This document shows, piece by piece, positions 38,289 through 48,442 of a stretch of 64,000 bases of DNA. The notes beneath the pieces are model-generated. The model made no database searches, was not told the DNA's origin, and was given only the letters and a program-made list of their open reading frames with translations. Within the stretch, counting starts at the first letter, position 1. Each line of letters opens with the position of its first letter. Source of the DNA: Nitrospirota bacterium (GTDB lineage Bacteria; Nitrospirota; Thermodesulfovibrionia; Thermodesulfovibrionales; Dissulfurispiraceae). A program made the position numbers and the translations under genes. The stretch is from contig CAWBMP010000004.1 in the NCBI GenBank assembly GCA_963790025.1, forward strand, positions 128,001 through 192,000. Reading direction: 5' to 3'.

Positions 38289-39258
38289 AGTAATACTCGC
38301 AAAGGTACCGCACCATCTTTAACTTTTTCGGTTTGCCGTAGCGTGTTATTTCCTTCTGTTGCTGTCTTTCCAGAAGATTATTAAGAAGGTCAACCCCGGC
38401 CTGCACAGAAAACATAATGGTGCCGCTTGGACGTGGATTATAGTCGGTAACGTATAACCCTTCCTCTCCTTCTATCAATTGAATATTGTTGAGCCCGCTT
38501 ATCATAAAGGCCGCGCATATCCTCGTAACGTATGCCTCAATCGCCTCGTCAAGTATTATCTCTCCTCTCAGACTCACTCCCCTGTGCTCGGTCCGCTTGC
38601 GGACGGACATATTAATGACCGTTCCCATATCGGCAAAAAAATCCACGGTGTATTCGGGGCCGTTTATGAATTCCTGAACAAGAAATGCGCTCACGTTGGC
38701 GCCGCTGCCGCTCACAATTCCCTTGATACGGACAATATCTTCCAGGCTCGATGCCTTATGTGTGTCCCTTGATCCGAACCCAACCCGCGGTTTGACGATT
38801 ACCGGCATATGCAGCGGGCCGGCATCTTTGTCTTCGGTCAGAAGAAACGTCTTCGGACAGATAAAGCCGTGATCGCTGAGCATCTTTGAAAAGAGCAATT
38901 TATCGTAAAACTCTGCGAGGTCAGGCCGGAAGTTAAAAGCAAAGACGCGCTCCATGCTCTCGGGAACCAGGGAGGAGTGATATCTCTCGTTCCAGAACAT
39001 GATCTCCGGGTCCAGCCAACTGATAAACACATCAATGCCGTAATCAGTAATGATACCCGTAATCGTATCGGCATAGGACGGAGCGTTCACTGCTGGAACA
39101 TGAATGAAGCGGTCGGTAAAAAACCTTCCGATGGATTCTGCATTTCTGTCGATGCCGATGACTGTCATCCCCCGCTCTTTAAAGTAACGCACAATGCCAT
39201 AAATGGCCTGTCCCCCTGCAGGTGAGATAAGCACCCTATTGGCTGCCTGCATAGTCAT
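38281..39258 (-). CDS. ATP-grasp domain protein
   Basis: VIVKPRVGFGSR, LVQEFINGPEYTVD, NIQLI, NPRPSG. Confidence 0.88.
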   Translation of the reverse strand: MTMQAANRVLISPAGGQAIYGIVRYFKERGMTVIGIDRNAESIGRFFTDRFIHVPAVNAPSYADTITGIITDYGIDVFISWLDPEIMFWNERYHSSLVPESMERVFAFNFRPDLAEFYDKLLFSKMLSDHGFICPKTFLLTEDKDAGPLHMPVIVKPRVGFGSRDTHKASSLEDIVRIKGIVSGSGANVSAFLVQEFINGPEYTVDFFADMGTVINMSVRKRTEHRGVSLRGEIILDEAIEAYVTRICAAFMISGLNNIQLIEGEEGLYVTDYNPRPSGTIMFSVQAGVDLLNNLLERQQQKEITRYGKPKKLKMVRYLCEYYYE

Positions 39259-40379
39259 TGCACCACCATGACCTGCCCTGCGGTGATGTTATATCTTTTG
39301 CATGTATCGAGGATCTCACTATGGAACTCAGATGCGATGCATAGTGTTTTTACAGACTTGTTTTCCAAAATCGTAAAAGGGCGCACTTCAAGATTCGGCC
39401 CGGGAATGAACATTCCCCATTTGTTCTTGTCCCCATCGACTACGGTCAGGCTTGTATCTTGAAGGACAGAGGGGTCGGCCTGGTTGAGATAAACCACTGC
39501 CGAGGATCCTGCCCCCCACCAGTACACCTTTTCTCCCCTCTCTGACTCAAGCACGCGTCGCATCGCTGCTACGCTGTCAGTGAAATATCTGTACTGTTTT
39601 CCGGCAGCTGCAACAACCGCTTCGGGCCGTTTGAGCGGCCTGATCTCCTGGTATCCGGCTGCATCGCCGTGGACAATGACCACTCGCAGTGCGCCGCGCT
39701 CACGCCTCTTTTCTATGATCTTCAGCCCTTTGTCGCGGCAAAGGGTCATAAAAAAAGGCAGACTGAAGAAAAAGAGATGCTGGTGATGATACCCTCCAAA
39801 GTCAGGGACCTCAATAACTATCTTACCGTCGGGGGCAAGCTGTTCTTTCATATGCTCCAGCATCGAAAAAGGGTCGTCAAAATGCTCGAACACATGCATC
39901 AGAAAAAAACCGTCGACAGTGCGGCCTCTGAAGGTATTGCCGTCAAAATAGTCCCGTATGATGTTCAGGCCAAGACGTCTGGCCTGCTCGGCCTGGGGTC
40001 CCGGCTCTATTCCGGCCAGCCGCGTATAACCCCTGTTTCTCATCAGGTGCAGCAAATAGCCTTCGGAGCAGCCGATCTCAATAAGCTCGGCTTTCTTATC
40101 AAAATATTTGCGCAGCGTCCTGACCATTCCCCCGTATTTAGTCCGGCCGATTCCGCTCATGGGAGATATATAGAAATAGTTGTCGTAAATCAGCCGCAGT
40201 TCCTCCTGGTCCAGACGCGTTGCATTGAAGCCCAAAAAGCAGGCGCGGCAAAGCCTCGCTTCAAAGGGAAAAATTTTGACCCTTTCGAGCATAGGGCCTG
40301 GACACGCGGAAAGGATATTAGGCATTCGCGCATCGTAATAGATGAAGGTATTCGGGCTACCGCAATAGGGACATAACAT
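39255..40379 (-). CDS. Class I SAM methyltransferase with Zn-finger (sugar C-methyltransferase-like)
   Basis: CPYC..CRAC, IEIGCSEG, HVFEH, WGAG. Confidence 0.8.
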   Translation of the reverse strand: MLCPYCGSPNTFIYYDARMPNILSACPGPMLERVKIFPFEARLCRACFLGFNATRLDQEELRLIYDNYFYISPMSGIGRTKYGGMVRTLRKYFDKKAELIEIGCSEGYLLHLMRNRGYTRLAGIEPGPQAEQARRLGLNIIRDYFDGNTFRGRTVDGFFLMHVFEHFDDPFSMLEHMKEQLAPDGKIVIEVPDFGGYHHQHLFFFSLPFFMTLCRDKGLKIIEKRRERGALRVVIVHGDAAGYQEIRPLKRPEAVVAAAGKQYRYFTDSVAAMRRVLESERGEKVYWWGAGSSAVVYLNQADPSVLQDTSLTVVDGDKNKWGMFIPGPNLEVRPFTILENKSVKTLCIASEFHSEILDTCKRYNITAGQVMVVQ

Positions 40380-40394
40380 CCCGCCACCTCATTA

Positions 40395-42074
40395 TCATAC
40401 TGCCTCCTGCGACCCTGCTCCGGAAACATTGGCGACCCGGCCCTCCCGAAGCGCAAGGAATTCTCCGAAGATCGGGTTATCGGCATCAATATACTTGCTG
40501 TAGGTCTGATAAATCCCGTCATCACGTTCAGCCAGTTCCACGGCCCTCTCTATCGTTTCCCGGGCAAGACCTGACTCTCCCGCCTTTTGGTAGGCATTGG
40601 CAAGGCATATAATTCCTATCAGGTGCTTCGGGTACCGTGAAAGAATGTCCGTGAACTGCAGCACTGCAAAGCGAGGGTCATCATCGAAATTATGGTTCCG
40701 GATGAAATTCACTTCTATGTTTATGGAGTAGGCCTTCTCCTTAAGCCATTTCTCGTCAAATTCCCCTGTCCTGATATTGGCGAAACCGTAACGGTAACGC
40801 TCCAAATCGCTGTCAGCCTTGACGAAATAATTGTTCTTTTCGCAAATCTCATACATTTCCGTCCCGGGGAACGGCGTTGCTATACTCATCTGGTTCCAGT
40901 CGCATTGCAGTTCAGCGGCAAAATCCTTCGTTTCCTCTATCTCTTCCTTGGTCTCTCCCGGGAACCCTATAATAAACGCAGTCTGGATTTTGAGGCCTGT
41001 CTCCCTTGCAATCCTGCGGACTTCCCGCGCCTTATCTTTGCTGACAGGTTTATGGATAATTTCTTTAAGGACCCTTTCGGAGCCTGACTCAATAGCGATC
41101 GTAAGCATGTCGCATCCGCTTTTTTTCATGAGCCCGATAAGTGGAGCATCGAGGGTGACTATGGCGACGGCATTTGGGGTGGTCCAGGTGAACCCGTAGT
41201 CCATCTCGATAAAACCGGATAGTATGGCGATGATCCGCTCTTTGTCAAGAGTAAGGTTATCGTCCCTGAATTCGATTTCTTCGATCCCGTAGGTACGTTT
41301 GAGGTAGTCTATTTCGTCAAGCACCCTCTTGTCGGAAAAGGGCCTGAACTTTTTGCCCCAGAGAAGATGAGTGGAACAGAAGGAACATCCGAAGGGACAT
41401 CCCCGCGAGGTGATATAAGATACGAACCTGTTCTTGCGGTAACTCATATATTTTTCGAGGCCGATCCCCTCCCAATCGTAAAAAGGCAGGACGTCGAGGT
41501 CCTTGATCATGGCGGGCCTGCGATTAATGACCTTCCGGCCTGAATCATCTCTGAAGCCTATGCCGTTCGCACTGCCCAGCTTTTGCCGGTCGAATCCGCT
41601 GTCAAGAATGTTCAGGAGTACCTCTTCTCCCTCGCCGATCACAATAAAGTCGATATTGCTGTCTTCCAGAAGCTTTTCAGGGAGTATTGCCGCATATCCG
41701 CCTCCGACGATGACCCTGACATCCGGCTTTATCTTCCTGGCCAGGGCTGCAATGTGATGCACCCATTTATAATTTATGATCATCAGGGCCGAGATGCCGA
41801 TCACGTCCGGCATTACTTCCCTAATGCGCCTCTCGGCCACATCGATCAGCACATTCCTGTCATGCTGCTCACGGTATCTTTCGAACCCTTCAAGAAACAT
41901 GTCGAGCAGATGTATCGAATGGCGGGTCATTTTTTTAAGATAGGCCGACAGGCTCGCTATGCCCAGGGGCATCGGCGGAGCATCGAGCGCCAGAGACTCG
42001 GCATAGCTGATATTTTTTTCTTCGAAATCAACCTCAGGGACTTTAATCAACAATATATTCAGATGGTCCTGCAT
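40395..42074 (-). CDS. Cobalamin-binding radical SAM protein
   Basis: PLGIASL, VGGGYA, GEGE, SRGCPFGCSFC, GFPGET. Confidence 0.92.
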   Translation of the reverse strand: MQDHLNILLIKVPEVDFEEKNISYAESLALDAPPMPLGIASLSAYLKKMTRHSIHLLDMFLEGFERYREQHDRNVLIDVAERRIREVMPDVIGISALMIINYKWVHHIAALARKIKPDVRVIVGGGYAAILPEKLLEDSNIDFIVIGEGEEVLLNILDSGFDRQKLGSANGIGFRDDSGRKVINRRPAMIKDLDVLPFYDWEGIGLEKYMSYRKNRFVSYITSRGCPFGCSFCSTHLLWGKKFRPFSDKRVLDEIDYLKRTYGIEEIEFRDDNLTLDKERIIAILSGFIEMDYGFTWTTPNAVAIVTLDAPLIGLMKKSGCDMLTIAIESGSERVLKEIIHKPVSKDKAREVRRIARETGLKIQTAFIIGFPGETKEEIEETKDFAAELQCDWNQMSIATPFPGTEMYEICEKNNYFVKADSDLERYRYGFANIRTGEFDEKWLKEKAYSINIEVNFIRNHNFDDDPRFAVLQFTDILSRYPKHLIGIICLANAYQKAGESGLARETIERAVELAERDDGIYQTYSKYIDADNPIFGEFLALREGRVANVSGAGSQEAV

Positions 42075-43066
42075 ATGCTCTCCTTGTTCACAATGTACTC
42101 AACTATCCTTTTTGCACCCCTCCCATCAACCAATGCCCTGCCTGTTCGTGACATTTCATTTCTTCTGTATGCAGGTCCAAGTAATGTAAATGCTCTGCGC
42201 AAATTATCAAGGATCATACCATCTTCCCACCAGCCCGCATACTCGATGCATCCTGCCTCCCTCCATCCTGTTATATTGTTCATCTGATTATCGGCTACGG
42301 CTATGGCTATCGCAGGCACCCCAATCCTTGCAAGCTCGTATAATGTCTGGCCGCCGGCTGAAATGGCTATATCAGAGGCCAATGCAATATTAAGCATAGC
42401 TTCAGAATCAGGATTATAATGCAACATAGTGTTGTTATCTGCTGCGGCTTCTATTTGATCTGCATTACGGCATCCCTTTCCAATAACAATTTGTTTGTAA
42501 AGCCCCGGATATTCTTTCACAAGCTGCCTGAGGATTTCCGGCGTCATATTCCTGGTATCTTCGCCCCCGAAGGTCACCATGATGGTTGAGACATTCTCCC
42601 TTATCTCTTTTTCAGGCACCTCCCAAAACGCCTTTCTAAGCGGGACATATTTTACGCCGAGTAAATATTCGCTGCCCTCCAGCCTGCTATAATCAAGACT
42701 TTCTGCATTAATACTTCCATTTACTATAATACCTTGTGGATAGTCGAGCCGCTTGTTATCGTCCAAATAGACAGGCATTTTTACGGTCCCGGCTATTTTA
42801 TGATACATTCCCGGACCGGCCATGTAAGAATCGATGACCGCCATATCAGCCCCCTGCAGAATATCCAGTGCCTTTTTACCTTCTTCGAGCCAGTTTAAAA
42901 GCAGGCAATCCCTGTCGCTCAATACGTCTCTTATTGTTTCATCGCCATTTACTATCAATCCCACTTCTATTTTTTTTTCTTCAAATGCCTGGCAAAGGGA
43001 GCTGCAACGTGTAACATGCCCGAAACCGATATTTGTTCCGCCCTCGGTTAAAATAAAAGCATTCAT
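42059..43066 (-). CDS. pseG: UDP-2,4-diacetamido-sugar hydrolase
   Basis: IGFGHVTRC, VIDSY, TFGGED, ISAGGQTLYE, ADNQ. Confidence 0.85.
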   Translation of the reverse strand: MNAFILTEGGTNIGFGHVTRCSSLCQAFEEKKIEVGLIVNGDETIRDVLSDRDCLLLNWLEEGKKALDILQGADMAVIDSYMAGPGMYHKIAGTVKMPVYLDDNKRLDYPQGIIVNGSINAESLDYSRLEGSEYLLGVKYVPLRKAFWEVPEKEIRENVSTIMVTFGGEDTRNMTPEILRQLVKEYPGLYKQIVIGKGCRNADQIEAAADNNTMLHYNPDSEAMLNIALASDIAISAGGQTLYELARIGVPAIAIAVADNQMNNITGWREAGCIEYAGWWEDGMILDNLRRAFTLLGPAYRRNEMSRTGRALVDGRGAKRIVEYIVNKESICRTI

Positions 43067-43070
43067 AGAT

Positions 43071-44111
43071 TTATATAGTTACCTCAGTGTGCAACCTTAG
43101 GAACATATGGGTGGCAAACCCCTCTTTGAAATGAGCAATGCTGAGTTCTTTTTCAGTCGGCGTGTTGCTGTCACCCTGATAAAAGCGCTCCCCCAGCTTA
43201 TGCCACCGCAGGCCAAGCGTCTTCATGTGCTCTATAGCTTTCATCTGCACTATATGTCCTAACGGCTTGTCAAAAAGGCTTCGGTCATATACGCCGACAG
43301 CGTACAGACCTTCTGTTCTAGATATGTAGAACAAACCGCCTCCCACCATGTTTCCTTTGTCGTCTCTCAGCACAACAAGAAATGCGTCACCGCAATTAAT
43401 GGCCTGCTCCAGAATATTCCAGGTCTCGACAGAACGGGTGGCACGTCCCGAAACCTGAAAATGCAATTGACGGAACTCGTCGAATACATCGTGCCCGACC
43501 CTCGCAAATATGCCCGACTGCCATAACCGGTCGCCCATCGAAAGCAACGATTTATAACTCTTTCTCAGGTTTGCTTTTATGTCCTCGGTGCTCATTGACA
43601 GGTCGACAAATAGCTCGTGTGCAACACTTCGGACAGTCGCGCCCCGTTCCATTAGTTTTCGGTGCCACCCGTCAACACCGCGATCATCAACATATTCCAC
43701 ACATCTCAAAACCTTCTGGTCAGTCAGCTTGCATAGTGCTTCCAGCACGGTCAGACACCGATCGATCAATGCCTTGCGGGTCTTTTCGGCCGTATTTTTA
43801 ACAAACAAGGGAGCGAGTATCTGCCCCTCGTTCGACCCGCATAACCATGCTCCTTCTGAAAAGCGCATATTCAAAGGCCATATGCCCGCCGGCTTGTTAT
43901 CGTGCATCAGCACCATAGAAATGTCGGTAAATTTTTCGACTATCTCCGATATATATTTGTTGCGGTATGTCACCACGCTGCGCGCATACACCAACGGTAC
44001 ATATAAGGCATTCGACAGCACATGATCCCACTCTGCCGGAGATTCGGACATCGGCTTTGCATTCACTGCGGAGGTAACGACATCGAAATATGGGGCGCCG
44101 TCTTTTCCCAC
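43071..44111 (-). CDS. FemAB/GNAT-like protein
   Basis: LRKSYKSL, YDRSLFDKPLGH, IAHFKEGF. Confidence 0.7.
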   Translation of the reverse strand: MGKDGAPYFDVVTSAVNAKPMSESPAEWDHVLSNALYVPLVYARSVVTYRNKYISEIVEKFTDISMVLMHDNKPAGIWPLNMRFSEGAWLCGSNEGQILAPLFVKNTAEKTRKALIDRCLTVLEALCKLTDQKVLRCVEYVDDRGVDGWHRKLMERGATVRSVAHELFVDLSMSTEDIKANLRKSYKSLLSMGDRLWQSGIFARVGHDVFDEFRQLHFQVSGRATRSVETWNILEQAINCGDAFLVVLRDDKGNMVGGGLFYISRTEGLYAVGVYDRSLFDKPLGHIVQMKAIEHMKTLGLRWHKLGERFYQGDSNTPTEKELSIAHFKEGFATHMFLRLHTEVTI

Positions 44112-44112
44112 G

Positions 44113-46155
44113 CTATACCTTCCTGAAAATAGGCTCCAGGAGCCTTCCCTCGATCATTTCATCCAGCATTTCATATCTGATGCAGCATTTAAGGATGTCC
44201 ATCACTTCACCATACACAGCCAACGTCTTTTCTATGGTCCTATCGTCGTGCGGCAGGGAAACATTGTGCGTTCCGGTAAAGAGCACTCCTCTTTTCGCGC
44301 ACTCCTGCTGGAAAAAGGTCTTCATAGCAAGACTTTTTTTCTCCTCGCCCTTGAATCCCATGACAGTTCTTATGGGATACCCGTCTATTGATACTGCATC
44401 GCCAAGTTTTTTGTCGCCCATGATCTTTTCTATACCGTCTTTCATTTTCCTGCCCTGTGCCCAAAGATAATTTATTACATCATGTTCCTGCATATACCTG
44501 ATAGTGGCAAGGGCAGCAGCAATAGAGGCCGTCTCACCCCCGAAGGTAAATGAGAAGAATATCTCGTCAAAAAGCCTCATGAATTCCCTTTTCCCGACAA
44601 TAGCCGAAACCGGCATGCCGTTGCCCATTGCCTTTCCAACACATGCAATATCAGGAGCAATTTTGAAGAATTCCTGCGCGCCGCCAACGGCAAATCTGAA
44701 TCCGGTCACCACCTCATCAAATATAAGCAGGGCGTTATTCTTATGGGTCATTTCTTTTACTTTATTCAGAAAGTCATTTTCCGGAGTTGACAGGCTGACA
44801 GGCTCCATGATCACGCAGGCGATTTTGTCCCGGTATTGGTCAAACAGTTTTTCCAGGCTTTCCATATTGTTATACTGGAACGGGAGCGTAAGTTCTTTTA
44901 CAGCCGGCGGGATGCCCTTGCTTCTTGTTGTTGTCGCAATGTACCAGTCCTGCCAGCCGTGATACCCGCAGCAGGCGATGTAATCCCGTCCGGTATATGC
45001 ACGCGCCAATCTGACCGCGGCAGAAGTGACATCAGAACCGTTCTTTCCGAAACGCACCATCTCTGCACACGGGATTACCTGCGTAAGAAGTTCCGCAAGC
45101 TCGTATTCCAGATAATGCGGAAGCGTATATGCACTGCCCTTTTCCAGCTGGCGTTGAACTGCATCGAGGACCGGTCCAAAGGCATAGCCCAGAATACAGG
45201 GACCAAGTCCCATGGTGAAATCAATTAAAACATTATTGTCAACATCGGTCACCATACAGCCTTTTGCCTCTTTGACAAAAAGGGGCACACTGCCGACGCT
45301 GAACTGGAGGTACGATTTACTGAAGGTTTGGGAACCATTGGGAATGATGTCAAGGATTTTTTCAAAAAGCAGCTTGCTTTCCGATAATGCCAGCTTCTTT
45401 CCTTTCAGTCCCTTTATGAATGCTTTATCTTCATTTACCGATTTCCGATAGCCTTCATTGACTTCAATGTGCTTTATACTGTCGAGAATACGGGGTTCTT
45501 TGTTTATCAGCGCTGCTACATCGTCATAGGTAAAATCCTTCCCCTTGAATACCTCAAGTATCCTCCCCATGACATCGGCATCTTCCCTGTAATCAAGGCT
45601 GAGATGCACCCGCGAGAGGTCTTCATCCCCGTAAGGTAAAAAAACTGTCTTAAACTGTCCCGAGTTCCTTATATAGGGACTTACATGCTCTCTCTCCGAA
45701 GGCATTTTAGCCATCTTCGCCGCCTCGAGGATTGCACTGGCTTTCATCACTTCTACATCGAACCCGTCGATTATGTTAGCAAGTACAAGACAATCACAAT
45801 CGAGCTCCAGGAATTTGGACATGGCAAAATTGACGAGACGGTAATCGGTAAAAATACAGTCACCTGTTATGCGTATGACCATTTCCAGATTATGCGTTTC
45901 TACCGCACTCGCAAACCTTTCGAGCACATCGTTGATACTGCCTCTTATGACATGCCATCCGTTTTCTACTGACTTTTCAGCAATGGCATCATCCTCCGGG
46001 CTCGAAGATGTGGCAACTATTCTGCAATCGGCTTTTATTCCCTGACATCTCCCAAGGACCCATTCTATCGCCGTCTTTCCATTAAAATCATGGAGCATTT
46101 TATTAGGGTATCGGGTGGAACCGCTCCTCGCCTGCACAACAACACCGCTTTTCAT
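44113..46155 (-). CDS. Fusion of SpsF/PseF-like cytidylyltransferase and class-III PLP aminotransferase
   Basis: VQARSGSTRYPNK, RITGDC, REHV; SQTFSKS, FDEVVTGFR, GKAMGNG. Confidence 0.88.
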   Translation of the reverse strand: MKSGVVVQARSGSTRYPNKMLHDFNGKTAIEWVLGRCQGIKADCRIVATSSSPEDDAIAEKSVENGWHVIRGSINDVLERFASAVETHNLEMVIRITGDCIFTDYRLVNFAMSKFLELDCDCLVLANIIDGFDVEVMKASAILEAAKMAKMPSEREHVSPYIRNSGQFKTVFLPYGDEDLSRVHLSLDYREDADVMGRILEVFKGKDFTYDDVAALINKEPRILDSIKHIEVNEGYRKSVNEDKAFIKGLKGKKLALSESKLLFEKILDIIPNGSQTFSKSYLQFSVGSVPLFVKEAKGCMVTDVDNNVLIDFTMGLGPCILGYAFGPVLDAVQRQLEKGSAYTLPHYLEYELAELLTQVIPCAEMVRFGKNGSDVTSAAVRLARAYTGRDYIACCGYHGWQDWYIATTTRSKGIPPAVKELTLPFQYNNMESLEKLFDQYRDKIACVIMEPVSLSTPENDFLNKVKEMTHKNNALLIFDEVVTGFRFAVGGAQEFFKIAPDIACVGKAMGNGMPVSAIVGKREFMRLFDEIFFSFTFGGETASIAAALATIRYMQEHDVINYLWAQGRKMKDGIEKIMGDKKLGDAVSIDGYPIRTVMGFKGEEKKSLAMKTFFQQECAKRGVLFTGTHNVSLPHDDRTIEKTLAVYGEVMDILKCCIRYEMLDEMIEGRLLEPIFRKV

Positions 46156-47567
46156 AGGGCCTCCAGGGAATAAAGCCTTGCATTTTTCATAGCTATTTTT
46201 ATTTTCGTCGAAGGGCCCCTTAATTTCGTCTTGATTTTGTAATTCAATGAATCGATGTTCCGTATCTCGAATTTTTGGCCGTCTCTTCCTTTTTTCATTA
46301 TTTCAACCGATATGGCGCCGTGCCTTGAATCTGCGTTGATATTCATCATCCCCTTCTCAAACAGAAAAGGCTTGGTGATAAAATGTCCTCCTTGTGACGA
46401 AGAGGCATATACAAAACCGTCTTTACGCATACTTGCAACTCCTATTTTAACACTGTGCTTTCCCTGTTCCAGAATACCCGTTTCGTCATGGCCTATGCCG
46501 TGTCCGAAATTTGCGCCGCTGTAATAGATCAATGTCCTGTCATTATCAAAAACAGGAGCATTTGCAGTACATATGATATCAGTGTCCCAACCATGGGCAC
46601 TCAGGGGAATAAGCGGTATATCAGAAAAACGCTTCCATTTTTTTCCATCACTGCTGTGCGCCAGATAAACTTCGATCTTCCCTTCATGCGTGCCTTTCCT
46701 GATCTCGTATTCGATGTAGAAAAGCCAGAGGAACCCGAGATACGTCTTGCCGTAATTGAAACCGCAGAGGCCGTAGAAATCTGCCAGCTTAAACCCTTTG
46801 GCAGTTGCCAGCCTGTCTTCCTCAGCGCCGGGGGACCATATGGTTTCAGGTTTGCTCCATTTCCTGAAATCATCGCTTTCAGAGATTCCCACACATCTCC
46901 TCGTCCTTCCTTCACTGTCAATCGTGTACGTCTTTACAAACGCGATGAACCTGTTCGTCAGGGTGTCCTTAAAGGCTGGAGCGACATCGCTGAACCAAGT
47001 TTTGTTCGTTTGGCTGTTCGGGAACCGCATAACGGGAAGGACCGGATTGTATTCATATTCTCTAAAATTCATTCCGTCTCTTGAAAATGCCGTACAGTAT
47101 CCTGCATCGGTATATCCGAACATCTTGTACCGAGTGTCCTTATCGTCAGGATCGTATATAACACTCGGTATGTGGTACGACGACACAATATTTGTCATGC
47201 AACTGTCCTTTTCAGCCTTTTTCAGATAAAAATTTTTTATTTCTCCATCCAAAGCCACGGTAGGATATAGTTCAGGTCCCTTGAAACAGTACCTCTTCAT
47301 CAGCGGCTTCTTCCATGTAAGGCCGTCCATCGATCTGGCATAGTTCACAAAGAACCCCAGCCCATCCACATATGACTGATACCACATTCTGTAAAGCGGT
47401 CCCTTTTTTATGACCGAACCATAGAGATAGGTGTGCGTCTCTTCCCAGGGATATTCAGGCACAATGACCGGTTTTTTCCGTTTTAGTATCTCACCCTGCT
47501 TAAATTCAATACCCTCCATATAAGCAACATTCGATGTATCGGGAAACAGTATCTTCAAGTGTTCCAC
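46152..47567 (-). CDS. Five-bladed beta-propeller glycosidase-like protein
   Basis: YRMWY, Asp-box-like S.DG..W repeats, IYYSG, RKDGF. Confidence 0.65.
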   Translation of the reverse strand: MEHLKILFPDTSNVAYMEGIEFKQGEILKRKKPVIVPEYPWEETHTYLYGSVIKKGPLYRMWYQSYVDGLGFFVNYARSMDGLTWKKPLMKRYCFKGPELYPTVALDGEIKNFYLKKAEKDSCMTNIVSSYHIPSVIYDPDDKDTRYKMFGYTDAGYCTAFSRDGMNFREYEYNPVLPVMRFPNSQTNKTWFSDVAPAFKDTLTNRFIAFVKTYTIDSEGRTRRCVGISESDDFRKWSKPETIWSPGAEEDRLATAKGFKLADFYGLCGFNYGKTYLGFLWLFYIEYEIRKGTHEGKIEVYLAHSSDGKKWKRFSDIPLIPLSAHGWDTDIICTANAPVFDNDRTLIYYSGANFGHGIGHDETGILEQGKHSVKIGVASMRKDGFVYASSSQGGHFITKPFLFEKGMMNINADSRHGAISVEIMKKGRDGQKFEIRNIDSLNYKIKTKLRGPSTKIKIAMKNARLYSLEAL

Positions 47568-48442
47568 CTGTACGGCAAAATAATGTCCTCATTGTCGGTT
47601 GCCAGTTCCGACAATGCGTGCTCCACAGCCGAATATTTGTCGGAATTCCACGACCGGAGGCACTCGACATTGCTTTTGACCTGCTCCACGCTGTCAACTC
47701 CGATGACCACGCCGCCTATCCATGGCCTGGCTGTTGCAAACGACAGGGCCAGGCATTCCGGTCTTATCTGATGTTCCGCGGACAAGTCCCTTATCTTCCT
47801 CAGTCTGTCTTTTACCTGCACGAACCTGCCGTTAAGCGCCCCGTATTGGAGGAAGAAAAGGCCCTGCAAAAACACCGACCGCGCAAAAAAAGAGAACCCC
47901 CTGCTATTGAGGTCCTCCATAAAGCCGTCTATTAAAAACCTTTGATCAAAAAGATTAAGAGGAAACTCGAAAACCAGCTCATCGCCGGTTTCCCGGGTTA
48001 TTTCGACGATCTCTTCCGGATGGTAGACGGAGACACCATAGTTTCCGATGATTTTATCTCTGCAAAGAGACTGCAGCACCGGGACAATAATGTTTCCATA
48101 CCGCTTCCAGGTACCGAAGGAGTGGATGAGGAAAACATCAATAAACGGGACATTCATGTTTTTCAATGAGTCAGACACCTCACGGCCGACATCCTGCGCG
48201 GTAATATACTCTTTGCCCGGAAGTTTGCTTATGACCTTTAATACCTTGCCGCGCTTTTCAAAGAACTCCCCGACTACATTTTCGGCATCCCCGTATGCGC
48301 GCGCGGTATCTATCCACTCGACGCCCTGCGAATGGGCATAATCAAGGATGGCAAAAGCCTCTTCAGGGCTTAACTTTTTATCGTTTGCAATCCCGTACCG
48401 GAGGCCGAAATTGGCAGTGCCTATGACTAATTTGCTGCTCAT
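47555..48442 (-). CDS. Aldo/keto reductase
   Basis: IGTANFG, IDTARAYG, GVSVY, ARSVFLQG. Confidence 0.9.
   Translation of the reverse strand: MSSKLVIGTANFGLRYGIANDKKLSPEEAFAILDYAHSQGVEWIDTARAYGDAENVVGEFFEKRGKVLKVISKLPGKEYITAQDVGREVSDSLKNMNVPFIDVFLIHSFGTWKRYGNIIVPVLQSLCRDKIIGNYGVSVYHPEEIVEITRETGDELVFEFPLNLFDQRFLIDGFMEDLNSRGFSFFARSVFLQGLFFLQYGALNGRFVQVKDRLRKIRDLSAEHQIRPECLALSFATARPWIGGVVIGVDSVEQVKSNVECLRSWNSDKYSAVEHALSELATDNEDIILPYRWNT

Noticed and set aside
44113..45400. hemL (tetrapyrrole synthesis)
   Set aside because: Fused to a cytidylyltransferase within a sugar cluster, with no hem genes nearby.
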